A stretch of DNA of 47,899 nucleotides from a virus (lineage: Duplodnaviria > Caudoviricetes): IMG/VR virus record IMGVR_UViG_3300048599_000741, positions 1 to 47,899 of that record; one strand, given 5' to 3'. Position numbers and translations under genes: made by a program. The notes beneath the pieces were generated by a model that saw only the letters and a list, made by a program, of their open reading frames with translations, was not told where the DNA came from and did not search any database. Of this stretch, positions 8,302 to 18,242 are shown in pieces (position 1 is the stretch's first letter; each line of letters begins with the position of its first letter).

Positions 8302-9033
8302 TTAGGCGACGTACTGAATTTGGACATGCGCCGGCGCGATGCGCTCCATCAGGCAGCGCACCGGTTGAATGCTCGGATGCTCGATCGTGTCGCAGGACGG
8401 CCGCTGGCCGAAGCGGATGGCGCCATACCGGTTGCGGCGATAACGGGTCGCCACGGTCGGCACCACGACGGGCGGGCCGACGTGAACCTTGACGACAAGG
8501 CCGAGCGCGCGCGAGCCGCCGAAGGTCGAGCCGCGGGCGCCGAACTTTCCCTTGCCGTAGCGCGAGCCGCAGAAATCGCTCGCTTCGAAACATTCGGCAC
8601 GCCAGCCGAGGCGCGCGATGATCGAATTGAAGTAATCGCATCGCGAGCCGCCGCGCGCAGCGGCTTTGGTGCAAAGATCGGGAAACGGGTCGCAATCGTC
8701 CGGCAGCCCGTATTCATTCATCCATTCGGCGCGCGTTTCGGATTGCGTCGCGCACCAGAACTCTTGCAGCAAGGCGCAGACGCGGCTTTCAATGAAATGC
8801 CGGGCCGCGCCGATGACCGACAACAGCCCGGCTTGCACGTAGCCCGCCGGCCAGGCATCGCGCGAAGGCACAGCGGCCAGGGCGGCGAGCCAGGCGCGAT
8901 AGCGCGCCAGCAGGCCACCGCCGTCATTGACAGGCCAGGCGCGGCCGGACGGCAACAGGGCAACGGTCGCGCCGATCGACTCGTCGAGCGTCGGACAGCG
9001 CAGCGGCGCCGGCCGCGCATCGGTGCAGGTCAT
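8302..9033 (-). CDS. Baseplate wedge protein, Mu gp48/YmfQ (DUF2313)-like
   Basis: LLPSGRAW, EW..EYGLPD.C and C..ERIAPAH motifs. Confidence 0.85.
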   Translation of the reverse strand: MTCTDARPAPLRCPTLDESIGATVALLPSGRAWPVNDGGGLLARYRAWLAALAAVPSRDAWPAGYVQAGLLSVIGAARHFIESRVCALLQEFWCATQSETRAEWMNEYGLPDDCDPFPDLCTKAAARGGSRCDYFNSIIARLGWRAECFEASDFCGSRYGKGKFGARGSTFGGSRALGLVVKVHVGPPVVVPTVATRYRRNRYGAIRFGQRPSCDTIEHPSIQPVRCLMERIAPAHVQIQYVA

Positions 9034-9051
9034 GATCGAATAGTCCGGCTG

Positions 9052-10161
9052 TCAGGGAACGAATGTCACGGTGCCGAGAACGGCGATCTCGCCGGGCGAC
9101 AACTGCACGTCGACCAGCGGCAGATTGAGCCGGTGGCTTTCCTCGCCGGACGCATTGGCGATGGTCTGCCAAATCCACGACCGCGAGAACACGGACGGCC
9201 GCGCCAGATAGGGCATGCTGGCCGTCGCGACATCCTGCCCGGCGACGCGCGACAGGCGGGCGAAGGCCGCGCGCAGCCCCGCGACGATCGCCTCGCGTGT
9301 CGCCAGATTGTCCGGCGTCAATCCGGCGATCTGGATATCGATGACGCGCGGGCGCGGCGCGGCGACGGTGACGATCGCACCGGCCGGACGCACCGCCTCG
9401 ATGTAATCGGCGACGCGCTCGATCTCGGCGACCGGCGCGATGCCGTTCGGATAAAGCGTGTCCATCAGGACGAACACGCGCACAGTGCCGGCGCCGGCAT
9501 GCAGGCGCTCGACGAAAGCGCGCGTCACGCCGGACACAGACGTCGCCCACATCACATAATCGGCGGCCGAGCCGCCATGCGGCGGGTTGCGCTTGCGGAA
9601 CAGGATGCGCGCGCGAAAGCTTTCGTCATCCTCGACATCGGCACCGGCGACGATGCCGCCGGCGGCGACCGTGACCGCGGTCACATCGCCGGTGACGCCG
9701 GACACGACCGATAAGGCCGTGCCGCCTTCGCTGTTCGATGCCGTGCCATCCGCGACGGCGACCACCTCAAGCGACAGATCGCCGGTCCCGGCGATCGAGG
9801 CATCGGACAGGGCGCGATACTGAACGCCGTCGAGGCGGGACAACACCGCGCCGGCGGCGACCGTCACGGCACCGGCGCAGGTCAGGTCGACATAACCGGC
9901 CGATGGCGCCGCCGGGCGGCGGGCAAGGCCGATCTCGGCGCCGTGCCGGTCGAGAAATTCGCTGTCGGCCGTCGCGGCAAAAATCTGCCGCGCAACATAA
10001 GCGATAAAATGAAACACCTCGGCATTGACGCCGGCCAGCACCTTGGCAATGACATAGGCATTGTTCTGCGCGATCTGCGCATCGGTGCCGGGCAGATAGG
10101 AGCGGAAGGCGAGACGCGCGCGGCGCGTCAGGTCCTGCAGCGACGGAATTGCGAAAGCCAT
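9052..10161 (-). CDS. Baseplate J / Mu gp47-like protein
   Basis: TADSEFLDRHG, GADVEDDESFRARI, PPHGG..ADY..WA, GAGTV.V. Confidence 0.93.
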   Translation of the reverse strand: MAFAIPSLQDLTRRARLAFRSYLPGTDAQIAQNNAYVIAKVLAGVNAEVFHFIAYVARQIFAATADSEFLDRHGAEIGLARRPAAPSAGYVDLTCAGAVTVAAGAVLSRLDGVQYRALSDASIAGTGDLSLEVVAVADGTASNSEGGTALSVVSGVTGDVTAVTVAAGGIVAGADVEDDESFRARILFRKRNPPHGGSAADYVMWATSVSGVTRAFVERLHAGAGTVRVFVLMDTLYPNGIAPVAEIERVADYIEAVRPAGAIVTVAAPRPRVIDIQIAGLTPDNLATREAIVAGLRAAFARLSRVAGQDVATASMPYLARPSVFSRSWIWQTIANASGEESHRLNLPLVDVQLSPGEIAVLGTVTFVP

Positions 10162-10712
10162 CAGCGCGCCACCTGATTCCAGAGAACGTCATATTTGCGA
10201 TCGAAGATCATCGCGCCGACGCGGCCGTAAAGCGCGACCGTCAGTTCAAGGCGATTGGCGATCTCATCCGCCGCGGCGGAAATATCAATGCGCACGGCGA
10301 CGCCCTGCGCGATCAATGGCGCCAGCGCCTCGCCGGCGAAAGCCTCGGCCCATCGCGTCGCCGGCATGCCGGCGATCGTGAGCGGCGCGCGTTCCAGAAG
10401 CCACAGCAGCGAGCCGAGTGGCGCCTCGCCGTCCTGTTCGCGCACGTCGATGCCATCGCCCCACCATCCGCGCGGGTTGCCGTCGTCGGCCAGATAGGAA
10501 AGCGGATGGCCGTCCGGCAGCCGCCGATCGGTGAACAGGCACAGGTTGACCGCGGTCTCGATGGCAGCGGTTGCCGAAAGGCCGCCGACATTGCCGGCCT
10601 CATCCGGCGCGGCAAGGCGATAGTCGGCGCATGACGCGCCCGGCAGCCATCGCAAATCCCACAGCAGATAGAGATCGGAGGCGCAGGCGGCGCTCACGGA
10701 TGCGTCGGGCAT
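10161..10712 (-). CDS. Mu gp46-like baseplate protein
   Basis: ETAV..CLFTDRR, RGWWGD and LGSLLWLLER motifs. Confidence 0.9.
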   Translation of the reverse strand: MPDASVSAACASDLYLLWDLRWLPGASCADYRLAAPDEAGNVGGLSATAAIETAVNLCLFTDRRLPDGHPLSYLADDGNPRGWWGDGIDVREQDGEAPLGSLLWLLERAPLTIAGMPATRWAEAFAGEALAPLIAQGVAVRIDISAAADEIANRLELTVALYGRVGAMIFDRKYDVLWNQVAR

Positions 10713-10717
10713 GAGAC

Positions 10718-11209
10718 CTAACCGATTCTGGCATAGACGTTGATGGACGGCCCCGCCAAGGTCACGACCTGCGCAAATGCACCGTTCTCGCCATCGCCGC
10801 CGAGAAACACTTTTTCCCCGTCCGCCGGTGTCACCGTCACCTTGCCGGCCTTGGCGCGAACCTCGATACCGTTCGCGCCTTTAACAAAGACGATGTTGCC
10901 CTTGTCGTCATAGAGAACAGTCGTGCCCGGTTTCGAACCGACCGGGCGATGATCCTTGTGCTCGAAGCCAAGACCGAGCAGGCGGTCGGACCGGCCGCCG
11001 AGACCGATGACCAGACCTTCCGAACCGACCGGCGGCACAGACGACAAGCCGAAGCCTTGCAGGCGATAAACGTTCTCAGGTTCATCGCCGGCCATGCCGC
11101 GCAGCCGCGTGATGAATTGCTGCGCCTTGGCATCATCGAAGCCCAATGCAACGGCCCGACGCACCACGCCGAGCAGGCTGTCGTGGTTCTCGGGATAACG
11201 GTCAAACAT
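10718..11209 (-). CDS. Mu gp45-like baseplate spike protein
   Basis: Q.FGLSSVPP.GSEG, GGRSD, HRP....PG.TVLYD. Confidence 0.85.
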   Translation of the reverse strand: MFDRYPENHDSLLGVVRRAVALGFDDAKAQQFITRLRGMAGDEPENVYRLQGFGLSSVPPVGSEGLVIGLGGRSDRLLGLGFEHKDHRPVGSKPGTTVLYDDKGNIVFVKGANGIEVRAKAGKVTVTPADGEKVFLGGDGENGAFAQVVTLAGPSINVYARIG

Positions 11210-11215
11210 CGCCCG

Positions 11216-12277
11216 TCACTCCCCATCGTCGCCGGCGTCGGTTTGCCATGCCTTGCCGACCTGGCCGCCCTTACGGCCCTTGCCCTTACCGCCCAGCGCG
11301 CGCGGATCGCACAGGGCGATATCGGCCTCGCTGCCGTTGCGGCGATCCTGCGAAAACGTCACGTTGTCGATCGCCATATCCTGCGACACGTTAAGGAACG
11401 GGCTTTGTAGAAAAGAGAGAAAGCCGGGCGTCCACAGCTTGCCGGCATCGTCACGAAAACCCTGCCCCCTGACCGTCGCCTTGAGGCTGTTGCCGGCCTC
11501 GGTATCGCGGCGATGCGCCGCGCGCGCCTTGGCGTCATCCTTGCTGGTGTCGTCGTCCTGAATGACGATGACGGGGCGATTGCGCGTCACTGCGGCGTCG
11601 CGCGCGACGCCCTCGATTTCCAACGCATCGGCGCCGTGGCCCCACGGCCTTTGCCCGCGCACGATGACCTTGCTGTGCCGGCCGCTCCAATTGTGATCGG
11701 CCTCAAGCCCGGTGCAGTTGACGCCTTCGATCAGCGGGCCGTTGCGCCCGCCGCCGGCGACCGTGATCTTGATTGAGCCGTCGCGCTGGCCGGACGGCCA
11801 AACACGGTGCTTGCGCGCCAGCTTTTCGATGACGCGAAAGGCACCCTCGCCGGGCGTCAACTGATAGTCAATTTTCGGCAGTTGCTGATCTGTCGAAATC
11901 GTCACGCCGTCATGAATAGCCTTGGCGATATCGACAAGCGTCATCTTGCGAAACCGACCCGCCTTGTGCAGAGCCGACGAATCGATGAAATCCTGCGATT
12001 TCGATCGCCCTGCGACCATGATCTCGGCCTGCCGATGCTCGCTCAAGCGCGGACGGTAGCGATCGACATAGCCGTGACACAGAAGATCGGCGTTGGCGTA
12101 AATCTCGACCTCGGCACCGGCGTAAAAGATCGCAGCCGTGGCCTGCGGCCCGTGATCGGCGGCAATGTCGAGTTGAAAGGACAGCGCCGCATCGCGGAAG
12201 GCATGGCGCACCATGACACGGCGAAACGCCGTCCAGAGCCGACCGTCGACCAGGACGGTAATGATCTCGGGACCCAT
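11216..12277 (-). CDS. Mu gp44/gpP-like baseplate hub protein
   Basis: GYVD, GRSK..D.IDSS, PGE.AF..IEKLAR, G.LW.PG; synteny. Confidence 0.88.
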   Translation of the reverse strand: MGPEIITVLVDGRLWTAFRRVMVRHAFRDAALSFQLDIAADHGPQATAAIFYAGAEVEIYANADLLCHGYVDRYRPRLSEHRQAEIMVAGRSKSQDFIDSSALHKAGRFRKMTLVDIAKAIHDGVTISTDQQLPKIDYQLTPGEGAFRVIEKLARKHRVWPSGQRDGSIKITVAGGGRNGPLIEGVNCTGLEADHNWSGRHSKVIVRGQRPWGHGADALEIEGVARDAAVTRNRPVIVIQDDDTSKDDAKARAAHRRDTEAGNSLKATVRGQGFRDDAGKLWTPGFLSFLQSPFLNVSQDMAIDNVTFSQDRRNGSEADIALCDPRALGGKGKGRKGGQVGKAWQTDAGDDGE

Positions 12278-12292
12278 GAGAACGTGCGTCCT

Positions 12293-12706
12293 TTAGCGGG
12301 CCAGCGCCGCGAACGATGCCGGCATGAATGACGGGTGCCGCACGCGGTTGCGGTCTGTCAGTTCGCCGGCGCGGCCAGGATCGGCATAAAGCCGCCACGC
12401 CCAATAGAGCGACGGCAGCGGTGACGGCGCAGAGACCGTCACGACCGGCGCCAGATCGGCGATAGTGCGGGACAGATAGTCGACGGCCGCGCCGCGCGCC
12501 TCGACCAGCGCAATGTAAAGATCGGCCTGCGCCGGCGCGGCTGCCGCCTCGATCTCGCGATCGTAAAGCGCGGACAGCGCGGCGCGTGCAGCAACGCCAT
12601 CCGGGCGCGAGCGATAGTTCCGGCGCAGCACCGCCTCGGTCACGGCCGCCAGCGCCGCCAGGCGCACCAACTGCGCCGAAGCCACCGTATTGCTCGTTTC
12701 AGTCAT
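12293..12706 (-). CDS. C-terminal part of the Mu N-like (DNA circularisation) tail protein
   Basis: LPSL..AWRLYADP.RA.EL..RN.V.HPSFMP LysM-like end; in frame with 12722..13486. Confidence 0.75.
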   Translation of the reverse strand: MTETSNTVASAQLVRLAALAAVTEAVLRRNYRSRPDGVAARAALSALYDREIEAAAAPAQADLYIALVEARGAAVDYLSRTIADLAPVVTVSAPSPLPSLYWAWRLYADPGRAGELTDRNRVRHPSFMPASFAALAR

Positions 12707-12721
12707 GGCTTTACAGCACCG

Positions 12722-13486
12722 CTAGAAGGTTTCCGCAAAGGCTTCGATCGTGTCGGACATCGCGGCGATCGCGCTTTCCGGCGCCATGCCGTCGCCGAGA
12801 GCCCGCGCCGCGGCGAACAGATCGGCGCCGATCGCACCGATGTCACCGTCCTGATCGGTTTGCGCGACGACACCGGCCAGCGCATTGCGCACCGAAGCCG
12901 AGACCGCTACATCAACGGCGTTGCTTGAGCGCACCAGATCGAGCGCCGCGGCACCATCGGCCAAACCGTTGAAGGCGGCCCGCGCCACGAAGTCTGGAAC
13001 GTTGGTCACATTGACCGCGCCGCGGAAGGCCGCGACCGATGCGCTCTGCAACGCATCGACAGCGCCGAAGGCGACATTCAGCAGCGACGGCAGTGAGACG
13101 ATCGCCGCCGGTGCGCCGTCGCGAATGAACTTGCATTCGAAGGCGATGTAACCGAGTTGATCCTTGTCCTCGCGCCGCTTGAAAGGTTGCGCATGCACCA
13201 TCACGGCGCCGCGGACGGGCAGCATCAGCAAGCCGGGACCGGGCGACGCCAGCGCGTTCGTCAACGCCAACGCCGCTGCATCAGCCTCGTTGCCGTGAAC
13301 ATAGGCCATCACACCGAAAGTGCGCGGCTCCTCGCCCAAGTCCTCGATGTAAGGATGATCGCGGTGCGGCAAAACATGGACAACCGGATTGCGCCCGCCT
13401 TCCTCGGCCGAGTCTTGCCAGAAGAACGGCACGCCCTTGAAGGAAGCCGGATGCAGCGTGCGAACCCAATCGCGCAGATCGGCCAT
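12722..13486 (-). CDS. N-terminal part of the Mu N-like (DNA circularisation) tail protein
   Basis: W...L.PASFKGVPF, GGR...H..P.RD.PY.EDLG, GPG.L.LP..G. Confidence 0.88.
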   Translation of the reverse strand: MADLRDWVRTLHPASFKGVPFFWQDSAEEGGRNPVVHVLPHRDHPYIEDLGEEPRTFGVMAYVHGNEADAAALALTNALASPGPGLLMLPVRGAVMVHAQPFKRREDKDQLGYIAFECKFIRDGAPAAIVSLPSLLNVAFGAVDALQSASVAAFRGAVNVTNVPDFVARAAFNGLADGAAALDLVRSSNAVDVAVSASVRNALAGVVAQTDQDGDIGAIGADLFAAARALGDGMAPESAIAAMSDTIEAFAETF

Positions 13487-13509
13487 GTGATCTTTCCAGC
13501 CTTCGAATA

Positions 13510-15732
13510 TCAGGGACTAAAGGGCGACGCTTCCGGCATCGACGTGCCGGTCGGGCCGGTGGTGCCTTCGCTGCGCACGCCATTGCCGAAGAATGACGAC
13601 ACTTTCGACGTGATGCGCGTCAAGAAATCCGGCGTCGGCTCGACTGTCACGCGGCTTTCAACTTGCACCCTGCCGTCCAGTTCGACCTTGCGGCCGGCCG
13701 CGGCGACATCGGCCTCGGCGCGGCGCATGATTTCGTCGCGCGTCGCTTCGCTCAAGCGGCCGGTCGAATGCGCGAACTGATCATAACCGGTCTGGATTCG
13801 GTTGCGCAGGTCCTGCGCCTGACTGTCGAACGGTGCCGCCAGCGTATCGCCGAGGCCCGGCACTTTCGAACCGCGCCTTGCATTGGCCGCCCGGCGATCG
13901 GCCTCGGCCAGGTCCTGTTCCAGCAGCTTGATCGCCGCGGCATCGCGCGGCGTCCAGTTCAACCCTTTGGCGGCATCTGCAAACGGCTTTGCCGCCTCGC
14001 GCGCCGCAAGGCCAGCGCCGACACCGGCGAGCGCGCCCGCAGCCACGCCAGCACCCGGCACCGCCGCGACTGCGCCAGCGACGCGAACGATCGTGCCAGC
14101 GGCGGCGACCAGCTTGCCAACCGCCCAGGTCAGCGGACCAATAACAGCCGCCGCGGCGATCGCATAGGTCGACCATTTGAGAATTTCAGGATTGGTCGCA
14201 CTGATCGCCCGAAACGCGCCGGCGACCGCATACATCGAGTCGGCCGCCGCATCGGTCACGCCGGATTGGCCGAGCGACTGGATCATGTCACCGTAGCCGC
14301 CGCGGAAGCGGTTTTCGGCGTCGATCAGGCCGCTATTAACATCGGCCGCCTGCTTGCGCGAAACGCTCACGCCCTTTTCGCGCGCGTTCGTAAGTTCATT
14401 TTCCATCTTGGTCAGCATCGCCAGGACGCGCGCCTGATCGAGGTTCGATAACCGAACGCCCTGACGCTGATCCATGAACAGCGACATAAACGACGCGAGG
14501 TTGGGCGCCTTCTCGGCGGCGTCCTTAAGGAACTTCATCACGTCGATTTTTTCGACAGCGGTGCCGACAATGCGCTGCGCCAGATCGCCAGCGACCTTTG
14601 TATCAGCCAGCGCGCCGCCGGTGGTCTTGGAAATGACGGCGGTCAAGCCCTTGACGTAATCCTCCCCCTCAAGACCTTCCAAAGCGGCCAGACGCTTCAT
14701 AAAAAGATCGCGCGCCGCATCCGGCGCTTTGCCGATGCCGACCTTGCGCTTGTTCTTTCCCTTGCCGATCGTGCCGGTGTAATTCTCGACCGCGGAGAGG
14801 ATGGCTTCCGGCTTCAACAGATCGGCATTGACCTTGACGTAATCGTCAAGCCGCATGCCAACCGCATTCATCGCGGCAAGCGCACCACGCGACGGCTTGA
14901 GAAACCGCACCATCATCGAGCGCAGCGCGACGCCGGCCTCGGGGCCGAGAATGCCTGCCTGATTGAGCACGGCCGTCATGGCGCCGAGTTGTTCCGGCGT
15001 CACACCAAGCTTGGACGCCGCCGGCGCCGAATACTTGAACGTTTCCGAAATGCCGGCGATCGAGCCGGGCGCGATCTTGTTAAGGATGGCGAACAGGTCG
15101 ACCATTTCGCGCAAGTTCTTGTTGATCTGCGCATCGTCGAGCATGTCGCCGGTCTTGTCGTACATCTTTCCGAATGACGCCAGCGCATAGATCGCCAGTT
15201 CGGCCGCCTTCGGCACCTCGATTTCGGCAAGCGTCGCAAAATCGAGCAACGGCTCCTGAATAGCCTCAAGATGGCGTGGCTCGAAACCGGCCTTGATTTC
15301 CTCGACCATGCCCTGCAGCACGCCGGTCGGGCCGAAGGCATATTTGGAGCCGTATTTCTGCGCCACGTCGCGAGCGCGCTTGACCTCCGCCTCGCTCAGA
15401 TCGCCGAACGCCTTGAGCTTGTTCGACGCCAGTTCGAAATCGTGCAGATTGCTTAGCATCGACCGTGCGGCAAAGGCAGCCGGCAACGTGACGCCATAAG
15501 TCATGTTACGGCCGAAGCGCGCTGCGCGATCGCCGACGCGATCGAGGCGCGACGCCAGCACGTCGATCGAACTCGCTTTGCCGGCCGCCATCATGTGCCG
15601 GTCGATGTCGCGCGACAGCGCCTGCACGGCGCGCGTCACGCGATTGACCTTGTTGGCAACGCTGTCGAACGCACCGCCGCTCAGATCGCGGGCGGTGATG
15701 CGTGCTTCGGCGTCGAGAATGCGGCTGGCCAT
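13510..15732 (-). CDS. Tail tape measure protein (TP901-family-like), 740 aa
   Basis: Ala-rich helical; ETFKYSAPAA..LG..PEQ..A...VL.QAGI.G.EAG.ALRS; position after chaperones. Confidence 0.92.
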   Translation of the reverse strand: MASRILDAEARITARDLSGGAFDSVANKVNRVTRAVQALSRDIDRHMMAAGKASSIDVLASRLDRVGDRAARFGRNMTYGVTLPAAFAARSMLSNLHDFELASNKLKAFGDLSEAEVKRARDVAQKYGSKYAFGPTGVLQGMVEEIKAGFEPRHLEAIQEPLLDFATLAEIEVPKAAELAIYALASFGKMYDKTGDMLDDAQINKNLREMVDLFAILNKIAPGSIAGISETFKYSAPAASKLGVTPEQLGAMTAVLNQAGILGPEAGVALRSMMVRFLKPSRGALAAMNAVGMRLDDYVKVNADLLKPEAILSAVENYTGTIGKGKNKRKVGIGKAPDAARDLFMKRLAALEGLEGEDYVKGLTAVISKTTGGALADTKVAGDLAQRIVGTAVEKIDVMKFLKDAAEKAPNLASFMSLFMDQRQGVRLSNLDQARVLAMLTKMENELTNAREKGVSVSRKQAADVNSGLIDAENRFRGGYGDMIQSLGQSGVTDAAADSMYAVAGAFRAISATNPEILKWSTYAIAAAAVIGPLTWAVGKLVAAAGTIVRVAGAVAAVPGAGVAAGALAGVGAGLAAREAAKPFADAAKGLNWTPRDAAAIKLLEQDLAEADRRAANARRGSKVPGLGDTLAAPFDSQAQDLRNRIQTGYDQFAHSTGRLSEATRDEIMRRAEADVAAAGRKVELDGRVQVESRVTVEPTPDFLTRITSKVSSFFGNGVRSEGTTGPTGTSMPEASPFSP

Positions 15733-15733
15733 G

Positions 15734-15928
15734 CTATCCGGTTTTCTTGCGCTGCGCCCAATCGGCCGCGCGCATGAACCAAAGGTCGATGTCCGAAGCC
15801 GTTAGGGCGGCGGCTTCGGCGAGACTGACAACCTTGAGATCAAAGATCAGGATGTCGGCCCGGCGGTGCAGACCGGCAACGTCTAGGACGTTTTCGGTTC
15901 CGTCCCGGCTCGGGCCGCGGCGAAAAAA
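15734..15928 (-). CDS. -1 frameshift extension of the tail assembly chaperone (P2 gpE+E'/lambda gpGT-like)
   Basis: Slippery T TTT TTC at 15922-15928; the -1 frame reads FRRGPS...ADILIFDLK...LTASDIDLWFMRAADWAQRKKTG* and stops 1 nt before the tape-measure ATG. Confidence 0.8.
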   Translation of the reverse strand, partial: FFRRGPSRDGTENVLDVAGLHRRADILIFDLKVVSLAEAAALTASDIDLWFMRAADWAQRKKTG

Positions 15929-16206
15929 CCGATGACCGCCTCTTGCAAGGCCAGTGTGTCTCGCATGCCGAGTAGATGCAGCACCGGCGCGGCATCATGA
16001 TCGACCATCCGTTCGGCATATTGCCGGATGATCTCGGCATCCTGTGTCTGATAGATCGCACCTTCCTTGGTGCGGATCGTCGTCACCGGCGGGCCGAGCG
16101 ACATCACGACCGGATATTTCGGTTCGTGAAGCGTGATGGTCTTGATCGGACCCTTGTGCCCCTCGATCGGGTCCGACAGCGTGATCGTGACGTTCGGCAG
16201 CGGCAT
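15883..16206 (-). CDS. Tail assembly chaperone
   Basis: ITL.DPI......ITL.EP pattern, ends ...VIGFF; between tube and tape measure. Confidence 0.85.
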   Translation of the reverse strand: MPLPNVTITLSDPIEGHKGPIKTITLHEPKYPVVMSLGPPVTTIRTKEGAIYQTQDAEIIRQYAERMVDHDAAPVLHLLGMRDTLALQEAVIGFFAAARAGTEPKTS

Positions 16207-16212
16207 GGCGGC

Positions 16213-16584
16213 TTAATCCACCAACTTGCGATAGGTGCCGCCTTCGATGCGAAGGCCGTCGACCTCACCGCTCGAAAGGTTGTCTTTGGGCGTGCCGACC
16301 AGTTGCGTGCCGGTGAAAAAATGCGTGCGGCCGGTCGTCTCCTCGACGATGGTCGCGTCGCCCTGCTTGAGGATCAGCGCATTCCAGTCGATATTGCCGA
16401 CGTTGCGGGGCTTGATGTCGCAGCCCGGCAGCTTCGGCTTGAGCATATAGGCCGCCGAGCCGTCGTGATTGGCCTTCGACTCCTTGTTGTACAGCGCGGG
16501 ATCGATAACGAAATCGGCCTCGCACTGCACCAGCGGGACGCCGGCGAAAACCAGCATGATACGGCCGCCGAACTGATTGTCCAT
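16213..16584 (-). CDS. Tail tube protein (Mu gpM-like)
   Basis: 123 aa directly after the sheath; GGAG RBS. Confidence 0.8.
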   Translation of the reverse strand: MDNQFGGRIMLVFAGVPLVQCEADFVIDPALYNKESKANHDGSAAYMLKPKLPGCDIKPRNVGNIDWNALILKQGDATIVEETTGRTHFFTGTQLVGTPKDNLSSGEVDGLRIEGGTYRKLVD

Positions 16585-16676
16585 TGCGGATCACTCCAAA
16601 GATGATCGGGGAAGGATGAAAGATGCGTGCCGCCGCGCGGTATGAGCCGCGCGGCCGGCGAAGGTCGCGCCGGCGA

Positions 16677-18188
16677 TCAGCCGGCGATCTGCGCCTGACC
16701 GCTCGCGGTGCGGTATTCCAGATAGGCCGTGATATTGGCCGCGAACACGCGCAGCTGATTGACCATATCGAGCGGCAGATAGGCGTTGACGCGCGTCGCA
16801 TTGAGCGGGTCGCGCTCGACCTTGACATATTGCGCGAACAGTTCCGGCTTTTCGCAGACGCCGAGCGACACCAGGTCCTGATAGGCATGGATCAGTGTGT
16901 TGCGAATGTCGCGCACGGTCACGATCGCGGCGACGTTGGTCGGGTTTTCGTCGGCGAGCGCCTTGCGGCCGTGCGCGTTCGAAACCGCGGTGCGCAGATA
17001 GCGCGACACGAACATGCCTTGCGCCATCGTTTCGATATCGCGGAAGGTGGCGTCGGCAACGCCGGCGCCGTTGGTCTTGTAGGTGGTGACAAAGCGATCG
17101 GCCTGCACCGTGCCGTCGCCGGCGACCTTGTAACCGCCGATGCCGGCGGCATAGAGCGCCTGGCGATCGTCGGTATCGAACCAGGTCGAGCGATCGGCGG
17201 GCGGCAGGATGGCGACCGCCGGCAAGGTCTGCACCGGCCGCGACAGTTCCGGCGGCGTCGACAGATGACTGATCGCCAGCGCGCCGAGCCAGGCGGCCCA
17301 TTCCCAAACCGGAGTCGGCGACACCTGGCCGCCGACGATGGTCACATGCTGGTCATTGCGCCCGGCGCCGAGCGTCGTCTGCGCCGACAGGTTACCGAAA
17401 TTCTTGGTCAGGTAGTGACCGAACAGCATCTTGGACGGCGACCAGCGGCCGGACACATCGCCGAGAAAATCCTTGACCGAATTGAGCGACGTGGAGTCGG
17501 CATAAGGGCCGGCAATCCAGTCGAACTCCTCGTCGCCGAGATTGGCGAGCGGCGTATCGAGCGACGGCGTACCGGTGCCGCCGGACAGAGCCGTGATGTC
17601 CGCATTCGTCGTCGTGAAGGCGTTCGGTTCATCGGTCGCGACCGAGACCTGAATGCCATTGCCGAGCAGGCCGACATGCCGCGCGGTCAGATCGGCGACC
17701 GCTGTGTCAACGCCGTTGACCGCGGCGACGATCGGCAGATTCATCGCATTGATCGCGGCGACAACCTTGGCACAGACCGCGGCGGCATTGTCGCCGGCAT
17801 TGATCTGCACCACCATGCGGCGGCCCATGACCTTGAGAATGCCGGCACCGGTAACGCCGGGCGCGGTGAACTCGATCGATCCCGCGGCGGCGTTACCGGC
17901 GGGATCGGCGAGCGGCAGCACCCACAGCGGCTGCAGCGGCGCGTTGCGTTTGAACATGTTGAACACCGCATGCAGCATCGAGCCGGCGCCGAACTTCGCG
18001 ATTGCCTCTTGTTCGGACTGCACCGGACCATAGAGGACGCCGGCCGGCGCGGCGCCGGCGCTGGTTTTCTGGCCGACGATCAGCGGCCGGGCATTGCCGG
18101 CGTAAGGCGTGCCACCGGAATTGAACTCCGAGTAATAGAACGGCACCAGCAGATTGCCGGGAATGTTGGCGAACGTGACCTGCGACAT
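16677..18188 (-). CDS. Tail sheath protein (Mu gpL-like)
   Basis: F.NIP.NL.VP.YY.EF, FG.GSML, SRP.QTL, V.VERD.....RVN..LP.D.VNQLRVFA. Confidence 0.95.
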   Translation of the reverse strand: MSQVTFANIPGNLLVPFYYSEFNSGGTPYAGNARPLIVGQKTSAGAAPAGVLYGPVQSEQEAIAKFGAGSMLHAVFNMFKRNAPLQPLWVLPLADPAGNAAAGSIEFTAPGVTGAGILKVMGRRMVVQINAGDNAAAVCAKVVAAINAMNLPIVAAVNGVDTAVADLTARHVGLLGNGIQVSVATDEPNAFTTTNADITALSGGTGTPSLDTPLANLGDEEFDWIAGPYADSTSLNSVKDFLGDVSGRWSPSKMLFGHYLTKNFGNLSAQTTLGAGRNDQHVTIVGGQVSPTPVWEWAAWLGALAISHLSTPPELSRPVQTLPAVAILPPADRSTWFDTDDRQALYAAGIGGYKVAGDGTVQADRFVTTYKTNGAGVADATFRDIETMAQGMFVSRYLRTAVSNAHGRKALADENPTNVAAIVTVRDIRNTLIHAYQDLVSLGVCEKPELFAQYVKVERDPLNATRVNAYLPLDMVNQLRVFAANITAYLEYRTASGQAQIAG

Positions 18189-18242
18189 CGCGTGAGGCTC
18201 CTACAGGCGAACGGGTTGACGGTCAGGATTTGACGAAATCCG

